DNA of 35,330 nucleotides, taken from Candidatus Omnitrophota bacterium (lineage in GTDB: Bacteria > Omnitrophota > Gorgyraeia > Pluralincolimonadales > Pluralincolimonadaceae). Positions 7,716 to 15,784 of the stretch are shown piece after piece (within the stretch, counting starts at the first letter, position 1; the number at the start of each line of letters is the position of its first letter). The stretch is taken from positions 1-35,330 of the forward strand of contig JAGUXU010000124.1 in assembly GCA_020061685.1 (NCBI GenBank). The letters are read 5' to 3'. A program made the position numbers and the translations under genes. The notes beneath the pieces are model-generated. The model ran no database searches. It was not told where the DNA came from and saw nothing but the letters and a program-made list of their open reading frames with translations.

Positions 7716-8422
7716 GAGTACTGATGAAGCAACCGACCGCGAAGGTCTCGGAGATCTTTCTTTCCCTGCAGGGAGAAGGAGTATATGCCGGAGAGCCGCA
7801 CATATTTGTCCGTTTCCACGGCTGTAATATGCGCTGCGTCTTCTGCGATACTCCGCAGGAGAATGTGCCGGAGGAGGCCTCTTTAAGGTCGATCATAGAT
7901 AAGATATTGGATTTAAATAAGGACAAAAAAATAAGGGTCATCTCCGTGACGGGCGGGGAACCCCTGCTGCATTCCAGTTTTCTCCAGATCCTCCTTTCGC
8001 ATCTTAAGGAGCACGGTTATAAGGTCCATCTCGATACCAACGGCACCCTTCCCGATAAATTAAAAGAGATAATAGACTTCGTCGACGTCGTCGCTATGGA
8101 TATAAAACTTCCCTCCTCGACCCGCAACAAAGAGTTCTGGGAAGCGCACCGCGAATTTTTGGTAACCGCAAAGCCGAAAAAGGCGTTCGTCAAGATGGTG
8201 ATCACCGGCGAGACGACCGAAGCCGACCTTAATAAAGCGGTCGATCTGATAGAGAGCATCGACAGGAACATACCGCTTATATTACAGCCCGTCTCTAAAG
8301 TGAAGGATTTTGACAAAGTCCCGGAGAACGCGGTCTTGATAAAATGGCAGAAGATCGCGCTCAGGAAATTAAAAGATGTCCGGATAATCCCGCAGCTCCA
8401 TAAAATACAGGGATTAAAATGA
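7712..8422 (+). CDS. queE: 7-carboxy-7-deazaguanine synthase (radical SAM)
   Basis: EIFLSLQGEGVYAGEPHIFVRFHGCNMRCVFCDT matches the QueE-type CX14CX2C-like cluster region, and GGEPLL is present. It has a 4-nt overlap with queC. Confidence 0.88.
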   Translation: MRVLMKQPTAKVSEIFLSLQGEGVYAGEPHIFVRFHGCNMRCVFCDTPQENVPEEASLRSIIDKILDLNKDKKIRVISVTGGEPLLHSSFLQILLSHLKEHGYKVHLDTNGTLPDKLKEIIDFVDVVAMDIKLPSSTRNKEFWEAHREFLVTAKPKKAFVKMVITGETTEADLNKAVDLIESIDRNIPLILQPVSKVKDFDKVPENAVLIKWQKIALRKLKDVRIIPQLHKIQGLK

Positions 8423-9261
8423 GAAAGATAAACGCAGAGAAGATCCGTGAGGCGGTCGCGAGGCTCGCGATAGAGGCAAATCTTATTTTAAGGAAGGACG
8501 TACTGCGCGCCTTAAAGAGGGCGTATTCAAAGGAGAGATCGCGCCGCGCAAAGAAAGTCCTGAAGGCGCTGGTCGAGAACGCGGCGATCGCCTCATCCGA
8601 GGGTATTCCCATCTGCCAGGATACGGGGATAGCGACGGTCTTTTTAGATATAGGCCAGGACGTGGCAATAACCGGCGGAGACTTGAATAAGGCGGTAAAC
8701 AAAGGCATAGCCGAGGGATATAAAAGAGGTTTTTTAAGGAAATCGGTGGTCTCTGACCCGCTATCAAGGGTCAATACGAGGGATAATACGCCGGCGGTGA
8801 TCCACACAAAGATCGTGCCGGGCGGTAAAATAAAGATCACCGTAGCGCCGAAGGGGTTCGGAAGCGAGAATAAGAGCGTTACGGGCATGTTCAAACCTAC
8901 CGACGGCGCGGATAAGATCGGAAGATTCATTCTGGAAGCCGTAAAGAAAGCCGGGCCCGACGCGTGTCCGCCGTATATTGTCGGTGTCGGAATAGGCGGG
9001 ACGCTGGACAAGGCCTGCATATTGGCGAAGGAGGCATTACTTCGTCCTATAGACAAAAGGAATCCGAGGCATCACATCGCCGGGCTGGAACGGGCCCTCT
9101 TGAAGAAGATAAACGGTTTAAATATAGGCCCGATGGGATTGGGCGGAAGAGCGACATGCCTGGGCCTGAATATAGAGGTATATCCGACGCATATCGCCGG
9201 CCTCCCGGTCTGTGTCAGTATATCCTGTCATGCGACAAGGAGCGCGGCCGTTACACTATAG
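8419..9261 (+). CDS. class I (Fe-S) fumarate hydratase / tartrate dehydratase, alpha subunit
   Basis: It shows GIPICQDTGIATVFLDIG, GVGIGGT and a conserved C-terminal Cys (VSISCHA), typical of the N-terminal (alpha) half of Fe-S hydrolyases. Confidence 0.85.
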   Translation: MRKINAEKIREAVARLAIEANLILRKDVLRALKRAYSKERSRRAKKVLKALVENAAIASSEGIPICQDTGIATVFLDIGQDVAITGGDLNKAVNKGIAEGYKRGFLRKSVVSDPLSRVNTRDNTPAVIHTKIVPGGKIKITVAPKGFGSENKSVTGMFKPTDGADKIGRFILEAVKKAGPDACPPYIVGVGIGGTLDKACILAKEALLRPIDKRNPRHHIAGLERALLKKINGLNIGPMGLGGRATCLGLNIEVYPTHIAGLPVCVSISCHATRSAAVTL

Positions 9262-9262
9262 T

Positions 9263-9784
9263 ATGACCCGATCGATGGAACTTCCTCTAAGACCAGAAAT
9301 AGTCCAGTCGCTCAAAGCGGGCGATGAGGTCTTGTTGAACGGTTATGTCTATACCGCCCGCGACCAGACGCATCTGAGATTGATAAAAGACATCGGGAAA
9401 AAGAAATTGCCTTTTGATCTGCACGGCCAGACCATCTATTACACCGGGCCGACACCCGCGCCGCGCGGGAAAAAGATAGGTTCCTGCGGGCCGACGACAA
9501 GCGGCAGGATGGACGCCTTTACGCCGGCTTTACTTAAGGCCGGGATCAAGGGAATGATAGGGAAAGGGAGGCGCTCGGAAGAGGTAAGGCAGGCGATCAA
9601 GCGGCATAAGGCGGTCTATTTTTTGGCTATCGCAGGCGCCGGGGCATATCTCTCAAAGAAGATAGCCGAGGCGAAGCCGGTCTTATATAAAGACCTCGGG
9701 GCAGAGGCGGTATACAGGCTGAAGGTCAGGGATTTTCCCGTGGTCGTGGGGATAGATTCGAAAGGCCGTTCCATATATAAATAA
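9263..9784 (+). CDS. class I (Fe-S) fumarate hydratase / tartrate dehydratase, beta subunit
   Basis: [33 protein letters not shown] and GKGRRS match the beta/C-terminal half. The track ORF begins at 9212 inside the alpha gene. The ATG at 9263 lies 1 nt after the alpha stop and is the more likely start. Confidence 0.85.
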   Translation: MTRSMELPLRPEIVQSLKAGDEVLLNGYVYTARDQTHLRLIKDIGKKKLPFDLHGQTIYYTGPTPAPRGKKIGSCGPTTSGRMDAFTPALLKAGIKGMIGKGRRSEEVRQAIKRHKAVYFLAIAGAGAYLSKKIAEAKPVLYKDLGAEAVYRLKVRDFPVVVGIDSKGRSIYK

Positions 9785-9801
9785 ACGAAAGGTTTAAAGA
9801 C

Positions 9802-10533
9802 ATGGTCCAGAGACAAGACGGAAGAGGGGCGGAATTTTTAAGAAAGATAAATATAACGCGCAATTATATGAAATTTGCCGAGGGTTCCTGTCTTATAGAG
9901 TTGGGGGATACGAAGGTGATCTGCACCGCCTCCGTCGACGAAAACGTCCCCCAGTTCTTAAAAGGAAAAGGCACCGGCTGGGTGACGGCCGAATACGCGA
10001 TGCTGCCGCGTTCCTGCCAGACGCGGGTCCAGAGAGAAAGTGTCCGCGGTTCGGTAGGAGGAAGGACCCATGAGATACAGAGGTTGGTGGGCCGTTCTTT
10101 GCGCGCCGTCGTTGATATGGCGGCGCTGGGCGAGAGGACGGTCTGGATAGACTGCGACGTGATCCAGGCCGACGGCGGCACGCGGTGCGCCTCCATAACA
10201 GGAAGTTTTATCGCGCTTGCCGACGCGTTAGCGTGTATTAAGAAAAAGGGACTGATAGAAAGATCGCCCATCTTAGATTATGTCGCGGCCACAAGCGTAG
10301 GCATGATAAAAGGCGAACCCGTTCTGGACCTGACCTTTGAAGAGGACTCGAACGCCGACGTGGACATGAATATAGTCATGACCGGAAAAGGCAGGTTCAT
10401 AGAGATACAGGGCACTGCCGAAGGCGAGCCCTTTGACGACGCCCAGATGCAAAGATTGATAACCCTCGCAAAGAAAGGCATCCTCCAGCTGGTCGATACC
10501 CAAAAGAAGACACTGGGAAATCCAAGTGCTTGA
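9802..10533 (+). CDS. rph: ribonuclease PH
   Basis: It shows RQDGR...R.I.ITRNY...[33 protein letters not shown] and [12 protein letters not shown]. Confidence 0.93.
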   Translation: MVQRQDGRGAEFLRKINITRNYMKFAEGSCLIELGDTKVICTASVDENVPQFLKGKGTGWVTAEYAMLPRSCQTRVQRESVRGSVGGRTHEIQRLVGRSLRAVVDMAALGERTVWIDCDVIQADGGTRCASITGSFIALADALACIKKKGLIERSPILDYVAATSVGMIKGEPVLDLTFEEDSNADVDMNIVMTGKGRFIEIQGTAEGEPFDDAQMQRLITLAKKGILQLVDTQKKTLGNPSA

Positions 10534-11134
10534 GATCGTCATCTCTTCCAGGAACAAAGAGAAGAAGCGCGAATTAAAAGCCCTCCTTAGGGGCCTTAAG
10601 ATAAAGGTATCGGACCTCAACGATTTCCCCGCCGCCCCCCGCGTAAAAGAAAAAGGCAAAACCTTCGAAGAGAACGCCGCAGCCAAAGCCCTTAAGGTCG
10701 CGAGGTTCACCAAGAGATTGACCATAGCCGACGATTCCGGATTGGAAGTGGAGGCGCTGGGCGGAAGGCCCGGTATCTATTCGGCGAGGTTCGCCGGAAA
10801 GGGCGCTACTTATGAATCAAATAACCGCAAACTCCTGAGGTTGCTCAGCGCCGTTCCCGGGCCTAAGAGAAAAGCCAAATTTGTCTCCGTCGTCGCTGTC
10901 GCCGATGAGGATAAATTAGTCGGTGTCGTAAGAGGAGAGTGCAGCGGCCGGATAACGTTTGAGCCTAAAGGCAAGAGGGGATTCGGGTATGACCCGGTCT
11001 TCTTCTCACCCAAGCATAACAGGACTTTTGCGCAATTGAGCCCCGGGGAGAAGAACGCCGTAAGCCACCGCGGCAGGGCGCTAAAGAAGGCGAAGGGGGT
11101 CATTCAGAACTACCTCCGAAAAGCCCTTCCCTGA
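10526..11134 (+). CDS. rdgB: dITP/XTP pyrophosphatase (Ham1/RdgB family)
   Basis: It shows [32 protein letters not shown] and SHRG.A. It has an 8-nt overlap with rph. Confidence 0.9.
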   Translation: MLEIVISSRNKEKKRELKALLRGLKIKVSDLNDFPAAPRVKEKGKTFEENAAAKALKVARFTKRLTIADDSGLEVEALGGRPGIYSARFAGKGATYESNNRKLLRLLSAVPGPKRKAKFVSVVAVADEDKLVGVVRGECSGRITFEPKGKRGFGYDPVFFSPKHNRTFAQLSPGEKNAVSHRGRALKKAKGVIQNYLRKALP

Positions 11135-13766
11135 GCCGGTTCAGTAATTTATTGCGCAGGATGCCTTCAAGCGAGAAAGTCGTTATCTGGTATTTCGGAT
11201 CCTTCGTAGTGCCCGTCAGCTTTATCTTTCCTACGAAATTTCCCATCTCGTCCACGAAGAAATCCCGTAGCGGCCCTATCGGTGTCGGCCCCTGCAGGAA
11301 CTCTTTAGCGAAGGCCGCGGTTATGTCAAAATCAAGGTTTCCGTCGAAGTCAACGCTTCCCTCACCGATAAGGCTTATCTGCGGCGAGTAAAGCTCCGTA
11401 TTTCCGGTGACTATAACCCTGTTTCCTATCGTAAAGGTCCCCTTGGCCTCCCCGAAGACTATCTTGCTTACACCCGGTATGTAAAGTATGTTCGCGAGCC
11501 CGGCAAAGACAGGCAGTTCCCAGAGTTTTCCGTTCGCTATAGCGAAGGCGCCCTTCCCTCTCAAAGTCTCTATGTTGTTCCCGAACCCGCCGAATTCGGC
11601 ATTCGCGTAAAAAAGCCCGCGCATGTCCGTGTTCTTGAATTCGGTATCATTCTTCCATTTGCCGATATCGATCTCCTTTAAGCTTACCTGGATGACATAT
11701 TGCGGGTTCTGTTGCGTAAAGTCGATGGCGACATTGGCGGTAAGATTTCCGCCGTAGGGTCTGGCGGTTATGTTCGGCATGGATACGAAATTATCCTTGA
11801 ATTTATATTCAAGATACAGATCGTCGAGTTTCAGTTTTTTTACTTCCAGCCGCGGCGACTCGGCCTTCAGTTCTATCTGCCAGGTCTTCTGGTCTTTCCA
11901 CTTCCCATTAAAGACAAATTTTGAAGACAGGGCGCCGCTTACCCCGAATTTATCGAGCGTTTCCGCGTTTTCTTTCGGCAGGTAATTTTTTAGTTCATTT
12001 ATATCGGCCGCTATGCTCCCGTGGAGATCCAGGAGGGGGTCCTTGAAGCCGGCGACAGAGCCGAAGAGGCCGAACTTTACTTTTTTATAGTTTCCCTCGA
12101 ATTTATTAAAGAGGAGAGAATCCTCCACGGGCTTAAAATTTGTCTTGAGGTTCAGGTCGTCCGAGGCGAGCGCCAGGTTAAAGACCGGCGCCTTGAGGTT
12201 CGTTATGTCGCCGTTAAGCGTGTATGTCTTGTCATCGAAGTTGCCGGAGAGGTTCTTTAGATTTACGGAATCCGCCTTATAAGTCAGGAGGCCGGTTACC
12301 GAAGTTATGGTCTTATCGAGGAAGTCCGGCTTAATAGCGCAGTTTAGCAGTTCAGCCGTCAAGACGGAAGAAAGCGGCGTCTTATCCTGCTCCTTGAGCG
12401 ATCCTTTTACGCTAAGAGCCACCTTGCTTTTCCCCGCCGTCTCGTAACCCTTTAATTTATCTTTCAATTCGGGCGGCAGGAATTCGTTAAGCCTGATGAG
12501 GTTTATCTCTGTCTTCGCGGTCAGGTCAAGATAGGGGTCGGCATAGTTTTTTACGCTTCCCGAGAAAATGAGGTCCAGTCCGCGCGCCGCCCCTTTCATA
12601 GAGTCGGCCCATAATTTATTCTCATCAAGAAATATTTTTCCGTTTATCTTCTCGACCGCGCCGAATTCCGGAACGCCTTTTAATACGGCGTCCCTTAAGA
12701 GGGCGTCAGCGCTATATTTTAGGGTCGTCTTGTCTTTGAGGTCAAAGGCGACTTTACCGTTCACGTCGACACCGCCCTTAAAGGAGAAATCTTTAGCGTT
12801 TAATTCTAGATTATCCATTTTCGCGGCAGCCGATATGGAACAGGGGATTTTTGTCTTGTCCTTTAATTCCATCACCATCCTGCCGCTCAAGTCGACGCCG
12901 CTTTTTATCGCGACCTCTTCGCCCATTATGTTTAAGCTGCCTATCGTCGAGAGGGCCTCGACCGTCAGCTTATTATCGGGGACATAGAGCAGGCTTACAT
13001 TGCCGCTCAGATTTCCCGATAAGGATTTAAACGGCAGGCCGGCATAATACGGCTGGAACTCGGCAAACGGGACGTTCTTGAGCCTCAGGTTAAGTATCGT
13101 CTCTTTCTTTACAGGGTCAAATTCCCCGTCGGCGGATATGGAATTTTTCTGGTTTATGCCCAATTCCGCGTTTAGCTTATATTTTATCTTAAGCAGGTAA
13201 GAGATCGTCGCCCGGAAGTCTATATTCTTCAGGTCCTTTGAGAAGGCCGGCTCAAGCGCGCGGTCCTCGAACGCGCAGGCCGCGTCAGAGACCGAGATGC
13301 CGGATACGATAACACTGTATCCCTGCGGTTTTGCCTGCGGCTGGTTCAGGAAGAGGAGGGATTCAAAATTCCATTTATTCTCGTTATCTACCGTAAGGAT
13401 CAATTTAGGCGACTCGACCTTTATAAGAGGGACTATTATCTTCTTTTCCTGAAAGAGGGGGATATAGAGGATATTGAAGTATAGCTTTTTTATCTCCAGG
13501 AATTTCCTGTTGTATTTCAGGTCATCGGAGAAGGTGAGGTTCCTAAGCGTTATCCCCCTGAAGGGGTTATAATAGATGCTCTCCAGGGTGACTTCGCGGC
13601 CCGTCGCCTTTGTAAGATATTCTATGGCGAAGGCCTTGCCTTTGACCGGCAGGATATATTCGTTGGCATACCAGATTCCTATCGAGGCAAATATGCCAAG
13701 AAGTATCAGGAAGAGGAGCACCTTCCTAAGAAATGGGATACCGCGGCGTTTCTGTTGTCCCTGCAT
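11100..13766 (-). CDS. AsmA-like / TamB-like large envelope protein with N-terminal membrane anchor
   Basis: This is a long, repetitive, beta-rich ORF with N-terminal MQGQQKRRGIPFLRKVLLFLILLGIFASIGIW (basic stretch plus TM helix). It has a DUF748/AsmA-like start (VTLESIYYNPFRGITLRNLTF). The track ORF begins at a TTG at 13853, but the internal ATG at 13766 immediately precedes the anchor, so I prefer it. Confidence 0.6.
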   Translation of the reverse strand: MQGQQKRRGIPFLRKVLLFLILLGIFASIGIWYANEYILPVKGKAFAIEYLTKATGREVTLESIYYNPFRGITLRNLTFSDDLKYNRKFLEIKKLYFNILYIPLFQEKKIIVPLIKVESPKLILTVDNENKWNFESLLFLNQPQAKPQGYSVIVSGISVSDAACAFEDRALEPAFSKDLKNIDFRATISYLLKIKYKLNAELGINQKNSISADGEFDPVKKETILNLRLKNVPFAEFQPYYAGLPFKSLSGNLSGNVSLLYVPDNKLTVEALSTIGSLNIMGEEVAIKSGVDLSGRMVMELKDKTKIPCSISAAAKMDNLELNAKDFSFKGGVDVNGKVAFDLKDKTTLKYSADALLRDAVLKGVPEFGAVEKINGKIFLDENKLWADSMKGAARGLDLIFSGSVKNYADPYLDLTAKTEINLIRLNEFLPPELKDKLKGYETAGKSKVALSVKGSLKEQDKTPLSSVLTAELLNCAIKPDFLDKTITSVTGLLTYKADSVNLKNLSGNFDDKTYTLNGDITNLKAPVFNLALASDDLNLKTNFKPVEDSLLFNKFEGNYKKVKFGLFGSVAGFKDPLLDLHGSIAADINELKNYLPKENAETLDKFGVSGALSSKFVFNGKWKDQKTWQIELKAESPRLEVKKLKLDDLYLEYKFKDNFVSMPNITARPYGGNLTANVAIDFTQQNPQYVIQVSLKEIDIGKWKNDTEFKNTDMRGLFYANAEFGGFGNNIETLRGKGAFAIANGKLWELPVFAGLANILYIPGVSKIVFGEAKGTFTIGNRVIVTGNTELYSPQISLIGEGSVDFDGNLDFDITAAFAKEFLQGPTPIGPLRDFFVDEMGNFVGKIKLTGTTKDPKYQITTFSLEGILRNKLLNRLREGLFGGSSE

Positions 13767-13814
13767 GGCTATTATTCTATTAGATTCGGAGGGCCTTTTC
13801 AATCCTAAAATGGT

Positions 13815-13843
13815 TTGACTTTTAAGGGCCGAATTGGTAAAAT
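13815..13843 (+). promoter_or_regulatory. near-consensus sigma70 promoter TTGACT-N17-TAAAAT
   Basis: The -35 is at 13815-13820 and the -10 at 13838-13843, with an exact 17-nt spacer. It points toward the tRNA cluster, in the divergent intergenic region upstream of the AsmA-like gene. Confidence 0.5.
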
Positions 13844-13862
13844 CTAACTGCAAAACTATGCC

Positions 13863-13889
13863 CGCTCTCGACGAATGAGAGCGTTTTTT
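13863..13889 (+). terminator. intrinsic-terminator-like hairpin CGCTCTC-GACGAAT-GAGAGCG + T6
   Basis: A perfect 7-bp GC-rich stem (13863-13869 / 13877-13883) is followed by TTTTTT (13884-13889). It sits about 13 nt after the predicted start site of the 13815 promoter and 21 nt before tRNA-Pro. Confidence 0.5.
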
Positions 13890-13910
13890 AGTCTATTTTT
13901 TGGTATAATA

Positions 13911-13988
13911 CGGGGCGTAGCGCAGTTTGGCTAGCGCGTCTGGTTTGGGACCAGAAGGTCCTCGGTTCAAGTCCGAGCGCCCCGACCA
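13911..13988 (+). tRNA. tRNA-Pro (anticodon TGG), CCA encoded
   Basis: The acceptor stem is CGGGGCG/CGCCCCG (C1-G72, typical of bacterial tRNA-Pro). The anticodon arm is TCTGG-TTTGGGA-CCAGA. The T-arm is CTCGG-TTCAAGT-CCGAG. Confidence 0.9.
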
Positions 13989-13989
13989 T

Positions 13990-14089
13990 GATTTCGCTCA
14001 ATTTTTCAAATTAGGCGAAATCAGACCGAGGCTGAATGCCGAGGTCTCTTATAGGCCGTAGGCCGAGATCTCTATATAGTCAATCGAGG
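13990..14089 (+). repeat. Structured trailer repeat (variant hairpin A + hairpin B + degenerate partial copies) 3' of tRNA-Pro
   Basis: Hairpin A is GATTTCGC-(17 nt)-GCGAAATC (13990-14022). Hairpin B is AGACCGAGGC-TGAAT-GCCGAGGTCT (14023-14047). A 3'-half copy AGGCCGTAGGCCGAGATCT follows at 14053-14071, and a 5'-arm fragment ATCGAGG at 14083-14089. Confidence 0.65.
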
Positions 14090-14101
14090 AGTAATTTGTA
14101 C

Positions 14102-14178
14102 GCGCCTGTAGCTCAGTTGGATAGAGCACCTGCCTTCTAAGCAGGGTGTCGGGCGTTCGAGTCGCCCCAGGCGCGCCA
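14102..14178 (+). tRNA. tRNA-Arg (anticodon TCT), CCA encoded
   Basis: The acceptor stem is GCGCCTG/CAGGCGC. The D-arm is GCTC-AGTTGGATA-GAGC. The anticodon arm is CCTGC-CTTCTAA-GCAGG. The T-arm is GGGCG-TTCGAGT-CGCCC. Confidence 0.9.
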
Positions 14179-14179
14179 T

Positions 14180-14236
14180 AAATCCGTTGGTGTTTTAAGA
14201 TAAGCGGATTTAGATCGAGGCTATATGCCGAGATCT
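14180..14236 (+). repeat. Structured trailer repeat (hairpin A + hairpin B) 3' of tRNA-Arg
   Basis: Hairpin A is AAATCCGTT-GGTGTTTTAAGAT-AAGCGGATTT (14180-14211). Hairpin B is AGATCGAGGC-TATAT-GCCGAGATCT (14212-14236), and B is identical to the copy at 1621-1645 (minus strand). Confidence 0.7.
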
Positions 14237-14258
14237 ATATAGCTAATACAAATTATAC

Positions 14259-14336
14259 GGTGGGTGTAGCTCAGCTGGTTAGAGCACTTGACTGTGGCTC
14301 AAGTGGTCGCGGGTTCGAATCCCGTCATCCACCCCA
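14259..14336 (+). tRNA. tRNA-His (anticodon GTG) with encoded G-1 and CCA
   Basis: An extra 5' G (14259) lies opposite discriminator C. The acceptor stem is GTGGGTG/CATCCAC. The anticodon arm is CTTGA-CTGTGGC-TCAAG. The T-arm is GCGGG-TTCGAAT-CCCGT. Confidence 0.9.
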
Positions 14337-14369
14337 ATTATTTCATTCTTCACGGATAACTTGAGAATT

Positions 14370-14407
14370 AAAAGGTTATGACCGGAATACCGGTCATAAC
14401 CTTTTTT
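14370..14407 (+). terminator. strong intrinsic terminator ending the tRNA cluster
   Basis: AAAAGGTTATGACCGG-AATA-CCGGTCATAACCTTTT forms a 16-bp stem including A/T ends, followed by a T-run (14402-14407). The A-tract upstream makes it potentially bidirectional. Confidence 0.8.
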
Positions 14408-14408
14408 C

Positions 14409-14437
14409 TTGACAAAGCCGAATCTAGCGTGTATTAT
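14409..14437 (+). promoter_or_regulatory. consensus-like sigma70 promoter TTGACA-N17-TATTAT
   Basis: The -35 is at 14409-14414 and the -10 at 14432-14437. It is followed by the SD AGAGAGGAAA and the ATG at 14469. Confidence 0.6.
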
Positions 14438-14468
14438 TAGCATATGCCAATAACTAAAGAGAGGAAAT

Positions 14469-14765
14469 ATGCCCAGGCCTTGCAGGTGTAGAAGAATAAG
14501 ATGCAGTCCCGACTCGAATTATTTTAAGCCGCGGGGCATTCCTATTGATGAGCTGGAAGAGATAAATCTTACGCTGGATGAGTTGGAGGCGGTAAGGCTT
14601 GCCGATTTAGAGGGCATGTATCAGGAAGATGCCGCAAAGAAGATGGGCATCTCGCGCCAGACCTTCGGGAATATTGTTAATTCCGCGCATAAAAAGATCG
14701 CGGACGCGCTTTTGAACGGCAGGGCGCTCAAGATCGAAGGCGGCGCGGTAAAGAAGGTTGGTTAA
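14469..14765 (+). CDS. DUF134 (UPF0251) family putative DNA-binding protein
   Basis: MPRPCRCRRI...P....FKPRGIP......I.L.LDELEA.RLADLEG..QE.AA..MGISRQTF..I...A.KKIADAL..G.AL.IEGG matches the DUF134 signature, which has a sigma-70 region 4-like HTH. Confidence 0.85.
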   Translation: MPRPCRCRRIRCSPDSNYFKPRGIPIDELEEINLTLDELEAVRLADLEGMYQEDAAKKMGISRQTFGNIVNSAHKKIADALLNGRALKIEGGAVKKVG

Positions 14766-15362
14766 ATGGATAATCTATTAAAACAGAGCCAGAAGAGGTT
14801 GAAACTTTTCAAGAGGCACGGTTACGATATCCCTAAAGCAAGGAGGTTCATTTTAGGAAAAGCCGGATTCGCCAAGGGCGGCATTTTGGAAGTCGGCACG
14901 GGAAGCGGCCATATGGCTGTTGCCCTGGCGAGAGGGGGCTTTAGGCTGGTCTCGATAGACCTGGACAGGAAAGCCCAGAAAACCGCTAAGTCAAGACTTA
15001 AGGCGCTCGGGCTTGATAAGCTGGTAACCCTTAAGATCATGGATGCGGCGAGATTAAGATTTAAAGACACGGCTTTTGACAATGTGATCTCCGTGAATTT
15101 TCTTCATCACGCGAAAGCCCCGGTCAAATGCCTTACGGAGATGACCAGGGTGGCCAAAAAGAAGCTGGTGATCGCGGATTTCAACAGGAAGGGCGAACGG
15201 ATAGCGAAAAAGATACACGGACTGGAGGGCAACACGCATCCGCGCTCTAAATTGTCTTCGGGTTCGATAGCGGCATTGCTGGAAAAATTCGGGATGTCCG
15301 TAACAAAGCATAACGACAGCTGTCAGTATGTCCTGATAGCGACGAAAGGAGAGACAAGATGA
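14766..15362 (+). CDS. class I SAM-dependent methyltransferase
   Basis: Motif I is ILEVGTGSGHMAVALA, followed by the acidic residue in VSIDLD. The FDNVISVNFLHH post-II region is present. The start lies 1 nt after the DUF134 stop. Confidence 0.8.
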   Translation: MDNLLKQSQKRLKLFKRHGYDIPKARRFILGKAGFAKGGILEVGTGSGHMAVALARGGFRLVSIDLDRKAQKTAKSRLKALGLDKLVTLKIMDAARLRFKDTAFDNVISVNFLHHAKAPVKCLTEMTRVAKKKLVIADFNRKGERIAKKIHGLEGNTHPRSKLSSGSIAALLEKFGMSVTKHNDSCQYVLIATKGETR

Positions 15363-15724
15363 AGATATGTATACCGACGGAAAGTAAAGAAGGATTGAGT
15401 GCGAGAGTCCACGGGCATTTCGGAAGTACGCCGTTCTTTACTATCTATGACACTGAAAATGACACTTTTAAGGCCATGGATAACACCAACGCCCATCATT
15501 CCCACGGGATGTGCCATCCTATAGGGGTTTTAGGTACCGGGTCGATAGATGTTGTTGTATGTCAGGGGATGGGGATGAGAGCGGTGCAGAAATTGAACGA
15601 AGCCAACATAAAGGCATATAAGGCATCGGCAGATACCGTCGCCGATATTATCAAGAAGCTCAAAGGTGGCGAGCTCGAAGAAATAACCGCGCAGAATGCC
15701 TGCGCGCAGCATGGCTGCCATTAA
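15359..15724 (+). CDS. NifB/NifX-like (dinitrogenase FeMo-cofactor biosynthesis domain) protein
   Basis: The 121-aa ORF reads MKICIPT......V..HFG....F.IYD......F......N.......H, then VV.C.GMG..A...L....I. It has an ATGA overlap with the methyltransferase. DUF134 and NifX-like genes commonly co-occur in anaerobes. Confidence 0.75.
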   Translation: MKICIPTESKEGLSARVHGHFGSTPFFTIYDTENDTFKAMDNTNAHHSHGMCHPIGVLGTGSIDVVVCQGMGMRAVQKLNEANIKAYKASADTVADIIKKLKGGELEEITAQNACAQHGCH

Positions 15725-15755
15725 AGAGGAAACGCCTCTCCAATCCTCAAAAACC

Positions 15756-15784
15756 TTGATATAGTAAGATATTACCCCTATAAT
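15756..15784 (+). promoter_or_regulatory. sigma70 promoter TTGATA-N17-TATAAT (copy 1 of a duplicated ~45-nt promoter cassette)
   Basis: The -35 is at 15756-15761 and the -10 at 15779-15784. The block 15742-15785 is near-identical to 21086-21130, including the spacer and upstream A-tract. Confidence 0.6.

Noticed and set aside
8361-9056. A 231-aa minus-strand ORF.
   Set aside because: It lies entirely antisense within the well-supported fumarate hydratase alpha gene. The translation is low-complexity (Pro/Ser/Ala-rich) with no recognisable motifs. This is a typical shadow ORF.
9212-9262. The track start (9212) for the fumarate hydratase beta subunit, giving a 50-nt overlap with the alpha gene.
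   Set aside because: The extra 17 residues (MSVYPVMRQGARPLHYS) are read from the alpha gene's 3' end in another frame. The ATG at 9263, directly after the alpha stop, is the parsimonious start.
4780-11134. A run of nine functionally unrelated genes (amidase, murI, queDCE, fumarate hydratase A/B, rph, rdgB) with 4-8 nt overlaps or tiny gaps.
   Set aside because: This looks like ordinary operon compaction in a small or streamlined genome rather than a functional system. Each gene has a standard housekeeping role.
13901-13909. A perfect extended -10 element TGgTATAAT just before tRNA-Pro.
   Set aside because: It ends only 1 nt before tRNA +1 (13911), so a start site 6-8 nt downstream would fall inside the mature tRNA. 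It is more likely fortuitous AT-rich sequence. The 13815 promoter is the better candidate for the cluster.
13989-14250. Possibility that the repeated hairpins form a CRISPR array.
   Set aside because: The units are bipartite hairpins of unequal spacing, interleaved with tRNA genes. The same unit occurs singly at two distant loci. There are no uniform spacers and no cas genes in the window.
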